From positions 13,578,001 through 13,642,000 of the forward strand of contig JBHGNT010000003.1 in NCBI GenBank assembly GCA_043228905.1: a stretch of DNA of 64,000 nucleotides, read 5' to 3'. Shown piece by piece: positions 37,701 to 51,684 of the stretch. Numbering within the stretch: position 1 is the first letter of the stretch; every line of letters starts with the position of its first letter. The notes under the pieces are model-generated. The model had not been told where the DNA came from. It was given only the letters and a program-made list of their open reading frames with translations, and ran no database searches. Made by a program: the position numbers and the translations under genes. The DNA comes from Azolla caroliniana. Lineage: Eukaryota; Plantae; Polypodiophyta.

Positions 37701-39893
37701 CGTCAAACACAACATCGCGGCTCACGTGAGGTTGTTTGGTTCGGGAGTTATAACATTTATAACCCTTATATTCGTCCGAATAGTCGACTAAGATACACTT
37801 ATTAGCTTTCGCGTCCAACTTCCTCCGTTTCTCCTTCGGCACATGCACATATGCAATGCTACCGAAAACTCTCAAGTGTTGTAGATTCGGCTTTCTTCCG
37901 AAGTACAACTCATGCGCTGACACTTTGTCTCCGATCCGATTCTGGATGTAGACCACGGTTCGTACCGCTTCAGCCCAAAAGAACTTGGGAAATCTCTTTT
38001 CTTCTATCATTGCCCACGCTACTTCCACAATCGACCGATTCTTCCTTTCGGCCACGCCGTTCTGTTCCGACGTATATCTACAACTGAATTCGCGCCGAAT
38101 TCCCATTTGTTGTAGATACCCGTTGAATTGACCGGAAAAGTACTCTTTTCCGCCATCCGACCGTAGGTACTTGATCTTTCTTCCTATTTCCCTTTCGACG
38201 AAACTCTTGAGGTCCCGGAAATAGTTGAAGACTTGACTCTTCTTCACAATGAGGTAGATCCACGTGTGATGTGTACAGTCGTCGATGAAGGAAACGAAAT
38301 ATCGACTCCCGCCAAGACTAATGTTCTGTGCCGGCCCCCATACATCGGAATGTATCAAGTCGAGCTTGTTCCAGCTCCAGTTACGCTTGTTAGGGAAAGG
38401 AAGTCTGTGTTGCTTCCCTAGATGGCAGGCTTCACAAATTTGTGCCTTCCGGCCGCTAAATTTGGGCAATCCGAACACCACCTGTTTCGATTGCAGGTCT
38501 TGAAGCCGTAGATAGTTGACGTGGCCTATCTGCTTGTGCCATAAGTCAATATCCGACTCGACTTCTTGTCCTTTCGCGAACATTGCGATGCCACCGTCAC
38601 TAGAGTCGAGGATAAACATCCTCTTGTCTCTGTGCCCTTGCGCAATAACTCGGCGTTCTTCCTCGATGAAGCACCCGAGATGCATAAACTGAACCTGCAT
38701 CCCATGGTCGACGATCTGTCTGACCGACATCAGATTCTTCGTGATTGTCGGGACATATAACACGTTCATAAGTTTTCTTGTTTGCCCGACATGGCTCAGG
38801 GGAACTTCACCGACATTCTTGATCGGATGCGGAGTGTCATCTCCCATTGCGACTACTCCCGGTTGCATCAGTTTCTCAAGGAATGAGAACCACTCCTTAT
38901 GGCTCGTCATGTGGTTTGACACGCCAGAATCAACGTACCACACCTCGTCCGATTTCGGGGTGGTCTTCTTCATCGAGTTAGCTTCGTGTCTCGTCACGAA
39001 GGTTGACCCTTTTTCGGCTTTTTCGGATCCTTCGGCGTAGTGCGATCGTTGTCGATTAACCTTGTCGGTTTGTCTGGAACTTGATCCAGATCTGGTCCTC
39101 TCCGAATCGGCGCGCTTCTTCCAACACTCGCTTTCCTTGTGGCCTTTCTTGCCACAATACTAGCATTCCGCGATGGATTTCCCTTGTCGGTTCTCGTCGC
39201 CTGGACTCCCCCTGTTTTCGGAGGGTCCGGAATTGCTGTCGGCATTACTTTGGTGCCTCCTTCCTCGGTCCCGTCGGCCGCTTCCATTGCGCACCGACTC
39301 GCCTCGTCCGCCATGACCATGAGGCCTATCTCCCTCCGTGTACAACATCTTGTTGTCGGCCTGCGTGCTCGTCGACGCACCTGCATGGTTCTCCTCTATA
39401 AGGAGCATCGACTGTAGGTCGAAAAACGACAACGTATTCTCCCATGTACACACAGTAGTTAAGAATGCTCCGAACTTTGACGCTAGTCCCCCGAGACAGA
39501 TTTGCACCATTTCGCCTTCCTCGATGTTCACATCGATGGAGGCTAAAGAGTCACATATATCTTTGATCTTCGAGGTGTAATCAGCCATCGACAAATCACA
39601 TTGTCGCAAGTTGCTCAACTCCTATCGGAGTTGGAGCTTTCTGGTTGTGGTGCTTGCGGCGAAAATCTTTTTCAGATTCCCCAAGCATCCTTTGGCGTTT
39701 TCGCATCCCGAATATAGCTCAGAAGTTGTTCGGCCACACAAGACACGAATCAGTAGAGAACTCTACTTGCCGACTGTTCCCAAGCCGGGAAGTCTTTGTG
39801 TGTCGAATCAGGTGATGTGTCATTTGTTCTATCGATGTAGCTCCAGTATCCATGCCTGAGGAGGTACTGGTGCATCTTGTACGACCAAGACGT
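34745..39893 (-). mobile_element. Ty1/copia element C2 (second copia lineage); gag interrupted by T4 and 5' end not seen
   Basis: 3' LTR 34745-35181 (element strand TGTTGAG...TTTTTACA), PPT TTGAGGGGGAG at about 35182-35192. ORFs for Gag (SWSYKMHQYLL), protease (WYVDSG), integrase, RT (LLYVDD) and RNase H. Confidence 0.92.
35182..39893 (-). pseudogene. C2 gag-pol with charged C-terminal extension after RNase H
   Basis: ORFs 39160-39618, 37543-38997, 36245-37084 and 35324-36145. Confidence 0.9.
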
Positions 39894-40801
39894 TGTCGTG
39901 CCTTTCGGCTCCGGATCGTTGTGTGAGTTGGTTGGGAACCGCTGAGGTTTTGGACTAGGAGAAAGAAGAATATGAGATAAGGCTCCTTATGAATCGATTG
40001 CAAGAAAGAGAAATATTTGAAAGAAGATATGAAACTCGTGAATCCCACGAGTATAGTGTATTAATTGATACTTAGAATGTAAGAGAGAAATAGATGGAAA
40101 AAAATTCGTGAATCCCATGAATATATTAGATTGATCAAAATCCTTGTTAAATAATCAACAACCTCTATACATCTTTCTCTCTTTCTTATATAGTGTTGGA
40201 AGAGTCTAAGTTTATCACATGCAAGCATCATGCTTTTCCTATCTTTAGTTTTCATGCACACTGCATGTGCATGATTAGCTTTCTATCTCATCTTTTCTTC
40301 TAACTCGAGTGTCTATGCATGAATAACTTTTTGTACCATGCATGTCTAGAAATTTTACATGGGATAAAGTTTAGTATAACTTTAAAATTCATAATACCAT
40401 AGTATAATGATAAGGCTTAACATTATTAACATGGAGGTGCAAGGTTCGAATCTTGCCCTATGCATGTAATATATAATTTTATACTTTCTTCTATTTACAA
40501 ATATGTCTCTTCATCTGGTGAGAGACTCTTACCGGCCTTCTTCATCCGGCTCTTGCCGGTTTTGCTTCATCCGGTTCTCGCCGGTTTTCTTTATCCGGTT
40601 CTTACCGGATCCTTCTTACCGGTCCTCTTCGTCCGTTTCTCACCGACTCTCACCGGCCTTCTTCATCTGGCTCTTGCCGGTCTCCTTACCGGTTTCAGTC
40701 CTCACCGGTTCTTCCTTCCGGTTCTCACTGGGTACTCCATATCCTATCCGAAGAAACCAAAAATGTAATTTTTCACGTAGTGTGTGAATTACACTACGAC
40801 A
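39894..40801 (-). repeat. T4 3' LTR
   Basis: 39894-40361 matches 51702-52170; ends CTACGACA next to the PPT-like GGAGTGGGCGAG (minus). Confidence 0.88.
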
Positions 40802-40857
40802 CTCGCCCACTCCGAACCTGCACATCCTCCGGTATGTGCCGAAGTTCCCGATACTTG

Positions 40858-43800
40858 CTATTCACCTTCATCCAAAGCTTCCTCCAATTCTCCCCTTAAG
40901 TCGACTATGAGTTGTAATCCACTTTGCTCGCTTTCCACATCACCGCGATCTTCGTCCGATTGCTCCTTCTTGTCGGTCTTGTCTAGGATCACATAGGGTT
41001 CTTCTTCAGTCCGCTTCTTGAAAATCTTCACCCGTTTCCCGGCGATAGGCACTCGTAGCATCGTTCCATCCAACTCGCATAGTCGGTAAGTTCCGTTGTC
41101 GAAAACTTTCCGAACCTCATATGGGCCGAACCACCTTTTTGCGAACTTCCGTACCGTTGTATGTTGATGATCCAAACTACTGTCATAGACAAACACCCAA
41201 TATCCTTCTTCAATCTTCCGTGGTCGTAGTCGGTGCTTTGTGTCGAACCGGCTTTTATTCCGGAATCGCGCTTCTTTTTGTTGGCGTATTGCTTCCGCTA
41301 TGTCTTACGGTCTTCCCTCCAGTTGTCGTATCCTAACCGCTATTAGTTCTTCCCGGCTCATCTCTTCCTTCCATGGTAGCATTGTCCATGTCGCGATTGC
41401 GGTTTCCGTCGGCATTACTGGTGCTTTTCCGGTCATAAATTATGTCGGCATATAACCGGTTACGGAGCTATGCGTTGTCCGATCCGCCCATAGTGCATAC
41501 GGGAGCATCTACGGCCAATCCATCACCCTTCCGTCGCATGCTTTGGCAAGTGCTTTGACGATCGGACTATGTCCTCGCTCGACCTTCCCGTTGGCTTCCG
41601 GATTGTATGTCATTGTTAGTGTTAACCGAACTCCATGTTTGGCGAAGAATCCCCTAGCTTTATCAGAGTCAAGTTCTCCCCGATCCGCAATCACTTGTCC
41701 TACGCACCCGTACCTGCAAAACACTTCTTCCAAAAGAAATTGACATACCGCAGAACACGTTTTTCTTCGTAGCGCCCGACCTTCTACTTGATTTGTGAGA
41801 TCTTCCCGAGCTAACACCAAGTACTTCTTTTGTCCGATCCCAGTTGGCATGGCTACAATGCCGACCGTCCATTTGAAGTTGATTGTCGGTGAGAATGTCG
41901 GATGTAACTCATCTCAGTGTCGAACTCCGGAGCAGATTTGACACTTCTCGCAGCTTTCTGTGAACTCCGCGACATCTTTGTACATATTCTTCCACCAATA
42001 TCTTTGCATGATCTTCCCAAATGTTGCCCATATTCCCCGATGTCCAACCCAATCAAATTCGTGAAATTCGGACATTACCTGGTTCCGTCGCTCTTTTGTC
42101 CCGACTACTCAAAGTGGTATGCCACCTGGTCTTTTCGGCTCCCTCCATAAAAATCCATTTTTCAAGAAGAACATTCGGATTTTCCGTTTCTTACTTCGGA
42201 TCTCGGCTCTCTTCTCTTTATTGTCCGATGATTCCTCAATTTCTCATAGCATTTTCCCGATCAACAAGCTTTCTCCCTCATATTCTTCTTCCCGGAATTC
42301 TTGGATTACGTCCACCCGGCATATGTTCTCCGAAGCAAAGTAGTCTTCGGAAACTTCTTCATTATTGGATTCGGTTATGTCATCTCCGAACCGCGCCCTT
42401 GATAGCATATCCGCTACAACGTTGTCTTTTCCGGAGATGTGTCTTACCTCCGGATTAAGTGACTTAACATATGCAATCCATCTTAGCATAGCCACATCCG
42501 GTATCGTGCAACACTGCATCATCCCGAGTATCAGAAGACAATCTGTTTCGATCACTACTTTAGCTCCGATCAAATAATCTCAATCCGATTTGATTGCCGA
42601 CACGACTCCCCATAATTCTCTTTTAACTTGTGCATATCCGTGTTGCCTTTCGTTGAGAACCTTTGCTCCGAATCGGATCGGATATCGCGAACCTTCTGGA
42701 TCGGCTTGATTGATGACCCATCCGATTCCGGTTGGACTTGTGTCAACCGTTACTATGATTGGTTGGTCATAGTTCGGCTTCTTTAGTGCTTCTGCCCTCC
42801 GTAGTGATTTCTTGAGATTCTTCACGGCTTTGGTATGCTCCGGTTTCCATTCAAACTTCTTACCCTTCCGCAACAAGTGATAGAGTGGGTCCGCTATATG
42901 TGCATAGTGCGGAATCCATATGTGGTAGAATGCACATGCTCCAAGAAACCTTCGAACTTCGGATTGTGACTCGCATACTTCTTTCATAGCTTGAATCGCA
43001 TCGATCTTGGTTGGTGACGGTCTTCGGCCGTAGGGCCCACATAGATGTCCGACTACCAATATTTCTTCTTGTCTGAATGCCGATTTCTCTCCGGAAAGTG
43101 TTAGATGCACATCTTCTAACTTCCGTAACACTTTCTCACAATCAGGGATATGGTTGACTACAAACCTTCGGCATCCCCGTTCATCCATAGCTTCATCTTT
43201 TTCTTCCACCGCACAGCCTTTCATCGGAAGGTCATCTAGGAATGGCATCGTTATCTCCGGTATGCAATCCCAGGGCACCTTGTTTATCGCATTCATCATA
43301 TGTGCGACTGAGTTCGTCGCGCCTTGTGGTAGCGTACACATCCGAACTAATCGTATCGGTGTCCGCATGGTAGTGATGTCTCGGCTCTTCACAACTAGTT
43401 GGAATTGGTCATATCTGGAGTATAGGTCTCCGATGGAGTATATCGCGCGAACGGCAAATGCTTCCGCAAATTCGTCCACTATCAGTCCGACTCCGGAGTT
43501 CCGGATCGTGACCTTGTTCACCAGTTGCAAATCTTGAATAAATCGGAGTGACCCATTCTTCTTCGGAACCATAAACCATCGATTTGAGTACGGAGCATTT
43601 GATGGCTCTAGAATCCCCATCGCCACCTTCTCCTTGAGCAAGTCGATGATTTTCGGAATATGTGCTCGTGGCACTGGAATCGGCTTCAGGTTCCACGGCA
43701 CATGGTCAATCGTGAAGATCACCATCGGCTCCACTATCTTCGGGTCCGCGCATCCTATTTCTTTCGATGTAAGTGCAAATGCTCTCCCATGTCGCTCTAG

Positions 43801-44002
43801 CATCCCACGGAATCGTTCTTCTTCATTCTTTAATAGGAACCCACCTCCACCGATCCGAAGTTTCTTCCGGGTCTCATCCGTGAAGGCATGTCCGATATCC
43901 ATGGACTTCCGAAGTGTCGGATCCCCCGAGACTTCTTTCCTCTTTTGTTCACTATCTGCGGGTAACGGTCCCGCGGCCGGTTTCACTTTCTTCTCCACGG
44001 TC
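40858..44002 (-). pseudogene. T4 pol (RT-RNase H-integrase); N-terminal part at 49345-49744
   Basis: ORFs 42580-43998, 42244-42573, 41509-41850 and 40858-41196. Confidence 0.9.
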
Positions 44003-44334
44003 TGTTGGGATTTCGGTCCCTCCGGATGGGATGTCCGAAGATGAATGACGGCAAGCCCGGTTGCGGTTACGGAACCGGAGGATGAAGAGTGCCCGGTTAC
44101 GGAGACGGATGACGAAGACCCGGCTACGGAGCCGGATGACGAAGACCCGGCTACGGAGCCGGATGATGAATGTACCCGGAGAGAGATCCGGATGCGGGGA
44201 CATATTTGTGAATATGTTTGCCAAGGGCCCTTGAGGCCATATTTGTAAATAGCCCGAAAGTCATATGTGTATAAATATGACTTAGGGCAAACAGTTTTGT
44301 TTGTTGTTGCTCATTTTTATGCGAAGTGAGAGCA

Positions 44335-44366
<32 letters not shown>

Positions 44367-47300
44367 GAAGAGGTCGACGCCTCTGTGTAATACCGCCGCC
44401 TGTGGCGAGGACAGCGAGCTCAAGGTCGTCGCCTTGCAGCTCGCCATTGTACATTCCCCGCGTATAGTGATAGTTGGAGTCTTGCACTCCCGTGGTTTTT
44501 CCCATTTAGGGTTTTCCACGTAAAACATGCAGTGTACCCTTCTCTCTATTGTTTTCGTGCATTCTTGTATTTCCCGTTTTCTGTGAATCGATCCTGTTCC
44601 TCGGTTGTGGCCGAGCACGGAATTTCAGCAAAGTGGTATCAGAGCGACGGTAACACAGAAAATGGAAGGCGGCAGCAGCGGGCAGCCGGGGATGATGGTG
44701 CTGAATGCGCAGAATTACGCCGACTGGAAGATCAAGATGGAGGATCTTCTGATTGTTCGGGATCTGTACGAACCGATTGACAGGTCGGAAATACCGAAGG
44801 GGGTACTTGAGTCGGAATGGAGGCTTCTGAACCGGAAAGCCGTTGCAACCATTCGGCAATACGTCGACGTGAGTGTTCTACAACACGTGGCGAACGACAC
44901 CAACGCATATGAGATGTGGCGGAAGCTGTCGGGCCTCTACGAGAGGAAGAATGCGTTGAACCGGACCTCCCTGATGAGAAAGATAGTGAACCTCAAGTAC
45001 CGGGACGGCGAGAGTATGGTGGAACACGTAAGCACGTTCATGGGATTCGTGAACCAGCTTGCGGCGATCAAGTTCCCGTTGGAGGATGCAATGCAAGCCA
45101 TCATTCTGATGTGTACATTGCCGGACAGCTGGGAGAACTTGGTGGTGACTCTCAGCACCTCCTGCACCGAAGATAACTTGTCCCTACAAACGGTAAAGAC
45201 GAGTATTTTGAACGAAGAAGCGCGTCGGAGAGATAAAGAACCGGCCTCCGACTCGAAGGCGCTGCTTACCGAATCGGAACGGGGAAGACAATGGAACCGG
45301 AGTCCGCAAAGACGGGAGAAGTCGGGGACCCGGTCGCAGTCAAGAGGAAGACCCACATGCTTCCACTGTGGGAAGCCGGGGCACTTCCGAAAGAATTGTC
45401 GGCATTACCGAAAGGACAACGGAGCCGACGACACCGATTCGAAGAAGTCACCGGAAAGAAACGGTGCATACCGGGGAGCCACGGACCGGAGAGGTCCGGA
45501 TCGGCGAGGGCAGGACCGGAAAGGAACGACGGCACTCGCGGCAAGTGAAGAAGAGATAATGCTCATTACCGAAGAGACGGAGCTGAACCTTGCCGGTGAA
45601 GAGATGACCTGGGTGGTCGATTCCGGAGCGTCGTTCCACCTGACCCCGGAGAAGAAATACTTCTCATCCTACACAGCCGGTGAGCACGGCTGTGTCCGGA
45701 TGGGAAATGAAGGTACATGCCGGATTGCCGGCATAGGAGACGTGTGGCTGATGACATCAACCGGATGCAAGATACTGCTGAAGGATGTCCGACACGTTCC
45801 GGAGGTTCGATTGAACCTGATTTAGGCCGGGAGGCTAGACGATGAAGGCTACACGGGTAGCATCCGGAACGGTGTCATGAAGTTCAGCAAAGGGAGCCTG
45901 ATAGTGGCTCGGGCCCGGAAGATCAACACACTGTACCTCATGAATTCCCGGCTATGTCCGGAGGAGCTGAACGTGGAAGCCGATACTGCCGGTGAGCTGT
46001 GGCACAAGAGACTGTGTCACATGAGTGAGAAGGGGATGAAGAGGCTTGCAGAAGACAACCTTATTCCAGTGAAGCATGTGCACCTGGAGAAGTGCACCGA
46101 TTGCCTGGCCGGTAAACAGAACCGAACCTCCTTCCACTCAAGGCCACCAACGAGACGAAGCGCACCATTGGAGTTGGTGCACACTGACGTATGTCAAGTA
46201 GAAACGAAGTCACATGGCGGAGCCCAGTACTTCGTGACCTTCATTGATGACCACAGCCGGAAGCTGTGGACGGCACCGTTGAAGACAAAGGACCAAGTGT
46301 TGTGCGTCTTCAAAGAACTCCACGCGAGAGTGGAAAGGGAATCCGGCAAGAAGCTGAAAGCGATACGAGCGGATAACGGAGGGGAATACCGGGGGCAGTT
46401 CAAGGAGTACTGTCGCTCGAAGGGAATCCGGCTCAAGTTTACTGTGCCGAAGACGCCGGAACTGAACGGGCTGGCCGAGAGGATGAACCGGACCATAATG
46501 GAGAGGGTCCGGAGTATGCTGGCGCATGCGAAATTACCCAAGGGATTTTGGGCTGAGGCAATGTCGACGGCGACGTATGTGATAAATAGATCACCCTCAG
46601 TACCTTTGGACGGAGACATGCCGCAGAAAGTGTGGACCGGTAAGGAAGTGTCCTACCGGCATCTGAAGGTGTTCGGGTGTCTCGCATACATGCATGTGGC
46701 AAAGGACCGGAGAGGAAAGTTAGATCCAAAGACCCGGCCATGCATATTCCTCGGTTACGGCGATGACGAGTTCGGCTACCGAGTATGGGACCCGGTCGAC
46801 AAGAAGATATTCAGGAGTCGAGATATCATCTTCATGGAGGACAAGACACTCGCCGACTGGGAGTCGGAGAAGAAGATGAAGAGCTCCAAGTCGACCGGTG
46901 AGGATAAACTCTACGAGGAGCAGTCCCGACCGGCAAGGGACCGGTTAGCACTCGAGGATCCGGCCGAAGACGGTGAAGAAACAGAACCGGCCGAGGAAGA
47001 TGAAACTGATACCGGAACCGGCCCCGATCCCGAAATGGATTCGGATGAAGAGGAAACGGAGGAGCCGGTTACCGAAGCTCCGGAACGGAGATATCCTCTA
47101 AGAGAGAGAAGGCCCCCCCGGAGATTTCCGGAACCTGAGCACGTGCTGCTGACCGACGAGGGGGAGCCGGAGAGTTTTGAAGAAGCAAAGCTTGACACCC
47201 ATAGCCGCAGGTGGTTAAGTGCCATGCAGGAGGAGATGGATTCCCTGCATGAGAACCACACATATGAACTTGTGGAGTTGCCGAAAGGAAAGCGGGCACT

Positions 47301-49344
47301 TCGAAACAAGTGGGTGTTCAAGCTGAAACCGGGAGATGCCGGAAAACCCCCGAGATACAAAGCCAGGATCGTGGTGAAGGGGTTCCAGCAGAAGAAGGGC
47401 GTCGATTTCGACGAAATATTTGCCCCGGTAGTGAAGATGACCTCCATCCGGACGGTGCTGAGCATAGCGGAAGGCATAGACCTCGAGGTAGAACAGATGG
47501 ACGTGAAGACGGCATTCCTTCACGGTGACCTCGAAGAAGAGATCTACATGCAGCAACCGGAAGGATTCGAGAAGAAAGGGAAGGAGCACCTGGTATGCCG
47601 GTTGAAGAAGAGCCTTTACGGACTGAAGCAGGCTCCCCGGCAATGGTACCGGAAGTTCGACTCCTTCATGACCGACGAAGGGTACCACAAAACGCAGTCC
47701 GATCACTGCGTGTTTGTGAAGAAGTTCGAAGGAGGAGACTTTCTAATACTCCTCCTATACGTGGACGACATGTTGATCGTCGGACGGGACCAGGTCAAGA
47801 TACGGATGCTGAAGAAAGCGCTTCACCGAACCTTCTCAATGAAGGACCTGGGTCCGGCGAGGCAAATACTAGGGATGCACATCATCCGGGATCGGAAGAA
47901 GAAGCAGTTGTGGCTGTCACAGGAGAAGTACGTGACAAAGGTGCTTCACCGGTTCAACATGTCGGAAGCAAGACCGGTCGGGTCAACCCTCCCGGCAAAC
48001 TGCAAGCTGTCCAGCAAGCAAATCCCCAAGACAAAGGCTGAGAAGGAGGACATGATGAAAGTACCATATGCCTCTGCCGTCGGAAGCTTGATGTACGCAA
48101 TGGTGTGTACAAGACCGGACATAGGATATGCAGTCGGAGTGGTGAGCCGGTACATGAGCAATCCCGGCAAAGAGCACTGGAACGCGGTCAAGTGGATACT
48201 CCGATACCTGAAGGGCACGGCAAACGTGTGCCTCCGATTCGGCTCCGGTAAGCCCGAACTCGACGGCTTTACCGATTCGGATATGTCGGCTGATGCAGAT
48301 ACCAGCCGGTCCACATCAGGGTATGTGATGACGTATGCAGGGGGAGCTGTTTCGTGGCAGTCGAGGCTGCAGAAGACGGTTGCGTTGTCAACCACGGAGG
48401 CGGAGTACATGGCGGCTGTTGAAGCCGGCAAGGAAATAATATGGATGAAGGACTTCATTAGAGAGCTCGGTATCCGGCAAGAGGAGTACTGACTCTACTG
48501 CGACAGTCAGAGTGCCATCCACCTTGCGAAGAACGCGGCCTACCATTCCCGGACGAAACACATCCAGCGTAGATACCACTAGATCCGGGAAAGGATAGAA
48601 GACAAGGAGTTCGTGCTGACGAAGATCCACACGGACGAGAACGGGTCGGATATGCTGACCAAGGTGCTCACACCCGACAAGCTGGAAGCATGCCGGAAGA
48701 GGATCGGATTGGAGAGACATCCCATGCCGAAGTGAAGGGGGAGTTTGTTGGGATTTCGGTCCCTCCGGATGGGATGTCCGGAGATGAATGACGGCAAGCC
48801 CGGTTGCGGTTACGGAACCGGAGGATGAAGAGTGCCCGGTTACGGAGACGGATGACGAAGACCCGGCTACGGAGCCGGATGATGAATGTACCCGGAGAGA
48901 GATCCGGATGCGGGGACATATTTGTGAATATGTTTGCCAAGGGCCCTTGAGGCCATATTTGTAAATAGCCCGAAAGTCATATGTGTATAAATATGACTTA
49001 GGGCAAACAGTTTTGTTTGTTGTTGCTCATTTTTATGCGAAGTGAGAGCAGCCGAGAGAGAGAGAGAGAGAGAGAGAGACGAAGACGTCGACGCCTCTGT
49101 GTAATACCGCCGCCTGTGGCGAGGACAGCGAGCTCAAGGTCGTCGCCTTGCAGCTCGCCATTGTACATTCCCCGCGTATAGTGATAGTTGGAGTCTTGCA
49201 CTCCCGTGGTTTTTCCCATTTAGGGTTTTCCACGTAAAACATGCAGTGTACCCTTCTCTCTATTGTTTTCGTGCATTCTTGTATTTCCCGTTTTCTGTGA
49301 ATCGATCCTGTTCCTCGGTTGTGGCCGAGCACGGAATTTCAACA
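44003..49344 (+). mobile_element. Ty1/copia element C3, full-length and young
   Basis: LTRs 44003-44630 and 48746-49344 are nearly identical; perfect TSD CGGTC; PBS TGGTATCAGAGC (tRNA-iMet) at 44634-44645; PPT AAGTGAAGGGGGAG. Confidence 0.96.
44662..48735 (+). pseudogene. C3 single gag-pol polyprotein with two in-frame stops (45823, 48490)
   Basis: CFHCGKPGHFRKNC, WVVDSGAS, LELVHTDVC, LLYVDD and RNase H, all in one frame. Confidence 0.94.
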
Positions 49345-49737
49345 CGGTCTTGTATTTCGTACTTACCATTACTTCTTCTTTGCGGAGCGCATCCGGCCCC
49401 ATTTTCACAATGATCTCGTACATCTCGACCGACTCCACCGGAATTACCCGGTTTCCCTGGCTTGTATCTTCCACGAGCTCTTCAAGCCGTTGTAGTGTGC
49501 TCCCATAGAACACCTCTTCGACTATTCCCACGATTTCTTCGTCTTCTTTTATTATTGATGCTAATCGTAACTTATCCTCCACTTTTCAGTATTCTTTCTT
49601 CATTCCTCCGGTTACGGCTGTGTACGTGGATGCCCCATCCGAACCAATTCGGACTTGTTTTGCACCGAGAGGTTTCTTCTTGTGTGGGGTATCAGGGCTT
49701 CTTGGACTATCACTTCCCCACTCCGCAACAGTCCACT

Positions 49738-51684
49738 CTAAAAATCCATTCTTGTTTGGGACAAGATCTCTCTCTTGTTCCTTTCATGATTTTCCGGCAC
49801 CGTTAGGAATTGGACGGATTTCCCTCCGTTTTGGCTCCAAATTCGCGCAAAAGCCGCACCGCTATCGAGCACCTTCGTCTCCATCCGTGATGCCGTGATA
49901 AAAGGTTGCCTGAGGATCACGGAGTGTAAGACCTCGTCTTGTATGAAGAAATTTTGGTCGATCTCGACATCCCCGATCTTCACCGTCACATCCGGACAAG
50001 CCACAAATAGATCTTTTGTTGCTTTAGTGGCCGCCCAGATCTTCCACCCATGATTCGTGTTAATAGGCCACTTACCCTTCCGGTAGAATTCCTTGGACAT
50101 CAAGTTGATCTCCGATCTGTGATCAATGAATGCTAGCACGGGTTCTTTGATGTTACCAATTCGGACCGGAGTCTTCGTAGTTGCGCGTGCCCAGTGTGGC
50201 TTTGTGTAGTGAGAATTCGGTATTTCGTCCTCCAATTTGGTGTCATTCATTAGAACGGTATTTGCATTCACCCTTGGAGCGTTCTCCTCTGTACTTTACC
50301 TTTTTCTCTTCACGAGATCCACAAGAAGATCATGGAACTCCTTCTTCACTATTCCGAGTAATTCTCGAAGCGAAAAATCTACCCGGCTATCGAGGATTCT
50401 CTCCTCGAACACCTTTTTCAAGTCCATTTGTTGTTCGATGTCCGAGGCGAGCTTGAATGCCGGAATCATATTTTCTTTTCCCTTACCTCCGGAGTTCCTG
50501 CTTTCCGGTTTCTTCGATGGACCGGCCGCCTCATCCGTGCGCCGTCGCTTCTCATCTACATACACTTCATGCAATTGGCATAAAGCAAACACGCTATTCT
50601 TATCGACGGGGCACTCCCATCCCGTAGATTCCCGGATGCCTTCCGCGGTGCTTCGGATCTCGTTAGGGTTGGTTTTCTCGGTGTTTTCTAGCACTTCTGG
50701 CCAAAAAGACACCTTTGCTCCCAATGAGTCCCCGACACGTATTCCCGCGGTTGTTGCGTAATTGTTCTTCGCCGCTATTTCCTCCTCTAGGACCTTCTTC
50801 ATGCCGCCTTTTCAGAAGTTTGGTCGGAGCGGCTTCTTCGCCATCGCGACTTCTTCACCATCGCGACGGTCATCCGACTTCTTCACCATCGCGATTTTTA
50901 GATTCTCCATCTCCATCAACAACTGCTCCACCGTAGTTGCGTCGATTCCCTTCTTAGTCGTAGCTTCCCGAGCCCGCGGTTGATGGTCTTCCGATCCGGA
51001 TCTCGGTTTTGGAATCGTTTCCGAAACCCTCTTTTCTTCGTTGGCAAGCCATTGCGCCCTCTTTGTGTATCGTGCGACGATATCCCGCACGCTTTCCCAT
51101 GTTTCGGTGAGGCCACTCTCGGTATTCGTGTCCTCTAGAAGCACTCCAAGATCCTTCCGGTTTCGGACGTCTACGGCTCGTAAGAACATGATAACTTTGT
51201 CCGGTGCGAGGATAGCTTGATCTCTCGCAGACAACCTCCCGAACTGACTTTTGAATGTTGAAAACACATCGAGGACCTTCATCCCCTTGTCCGGCGTTTC
51301 TACCCAATCCTCGAATCCTCTCCGCATTGCCTTGGAGGAGTTCTCGATAGCGAACGTGGTCTTTAGCGCCTCTTCAAACGCTTCCCATGTCGGATTTTGT
51401 TGTCGTAGCCCGTGGATACTTGCTTGAAGCCCGTTGGTAGTCACCCGGTTGAAGGATGCCACTTGCAGTCCTTCCGAAATCCCGCATCGTAGCATTTCCG
51501 CCTTGTAGTCCCGAAGATAGCGTGATACGTCCTTTCCGTTGAATTGCCCTATCCGTTGCACGAGCCGCTCTCTTGCCGCCGCTATCTCCGACATCGCACA
51601 TTGTTCCTGAAGCATCCGCTCGAACATCATCATCATGTTCTTAGCCTCTGGTTGATTTTCCATCTCCTTGCCACCCGTGTTCAC
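49738..51684 (-). pseudogene. T4 Gag-protease ORF1 (disrupted)
   Basis: ORFs 50812-51684, 50296-50802 and 49738-50271; ends MDF* at the slippery site. Confidence 0.88.

Noticed and set aside
45823-45825. Programmed stop readthrough in C3
   Set aside because: The TAG falls within the conserved NLIS motif, where C1 has an ordinary Ser codon, so it is most simply a point mutation.
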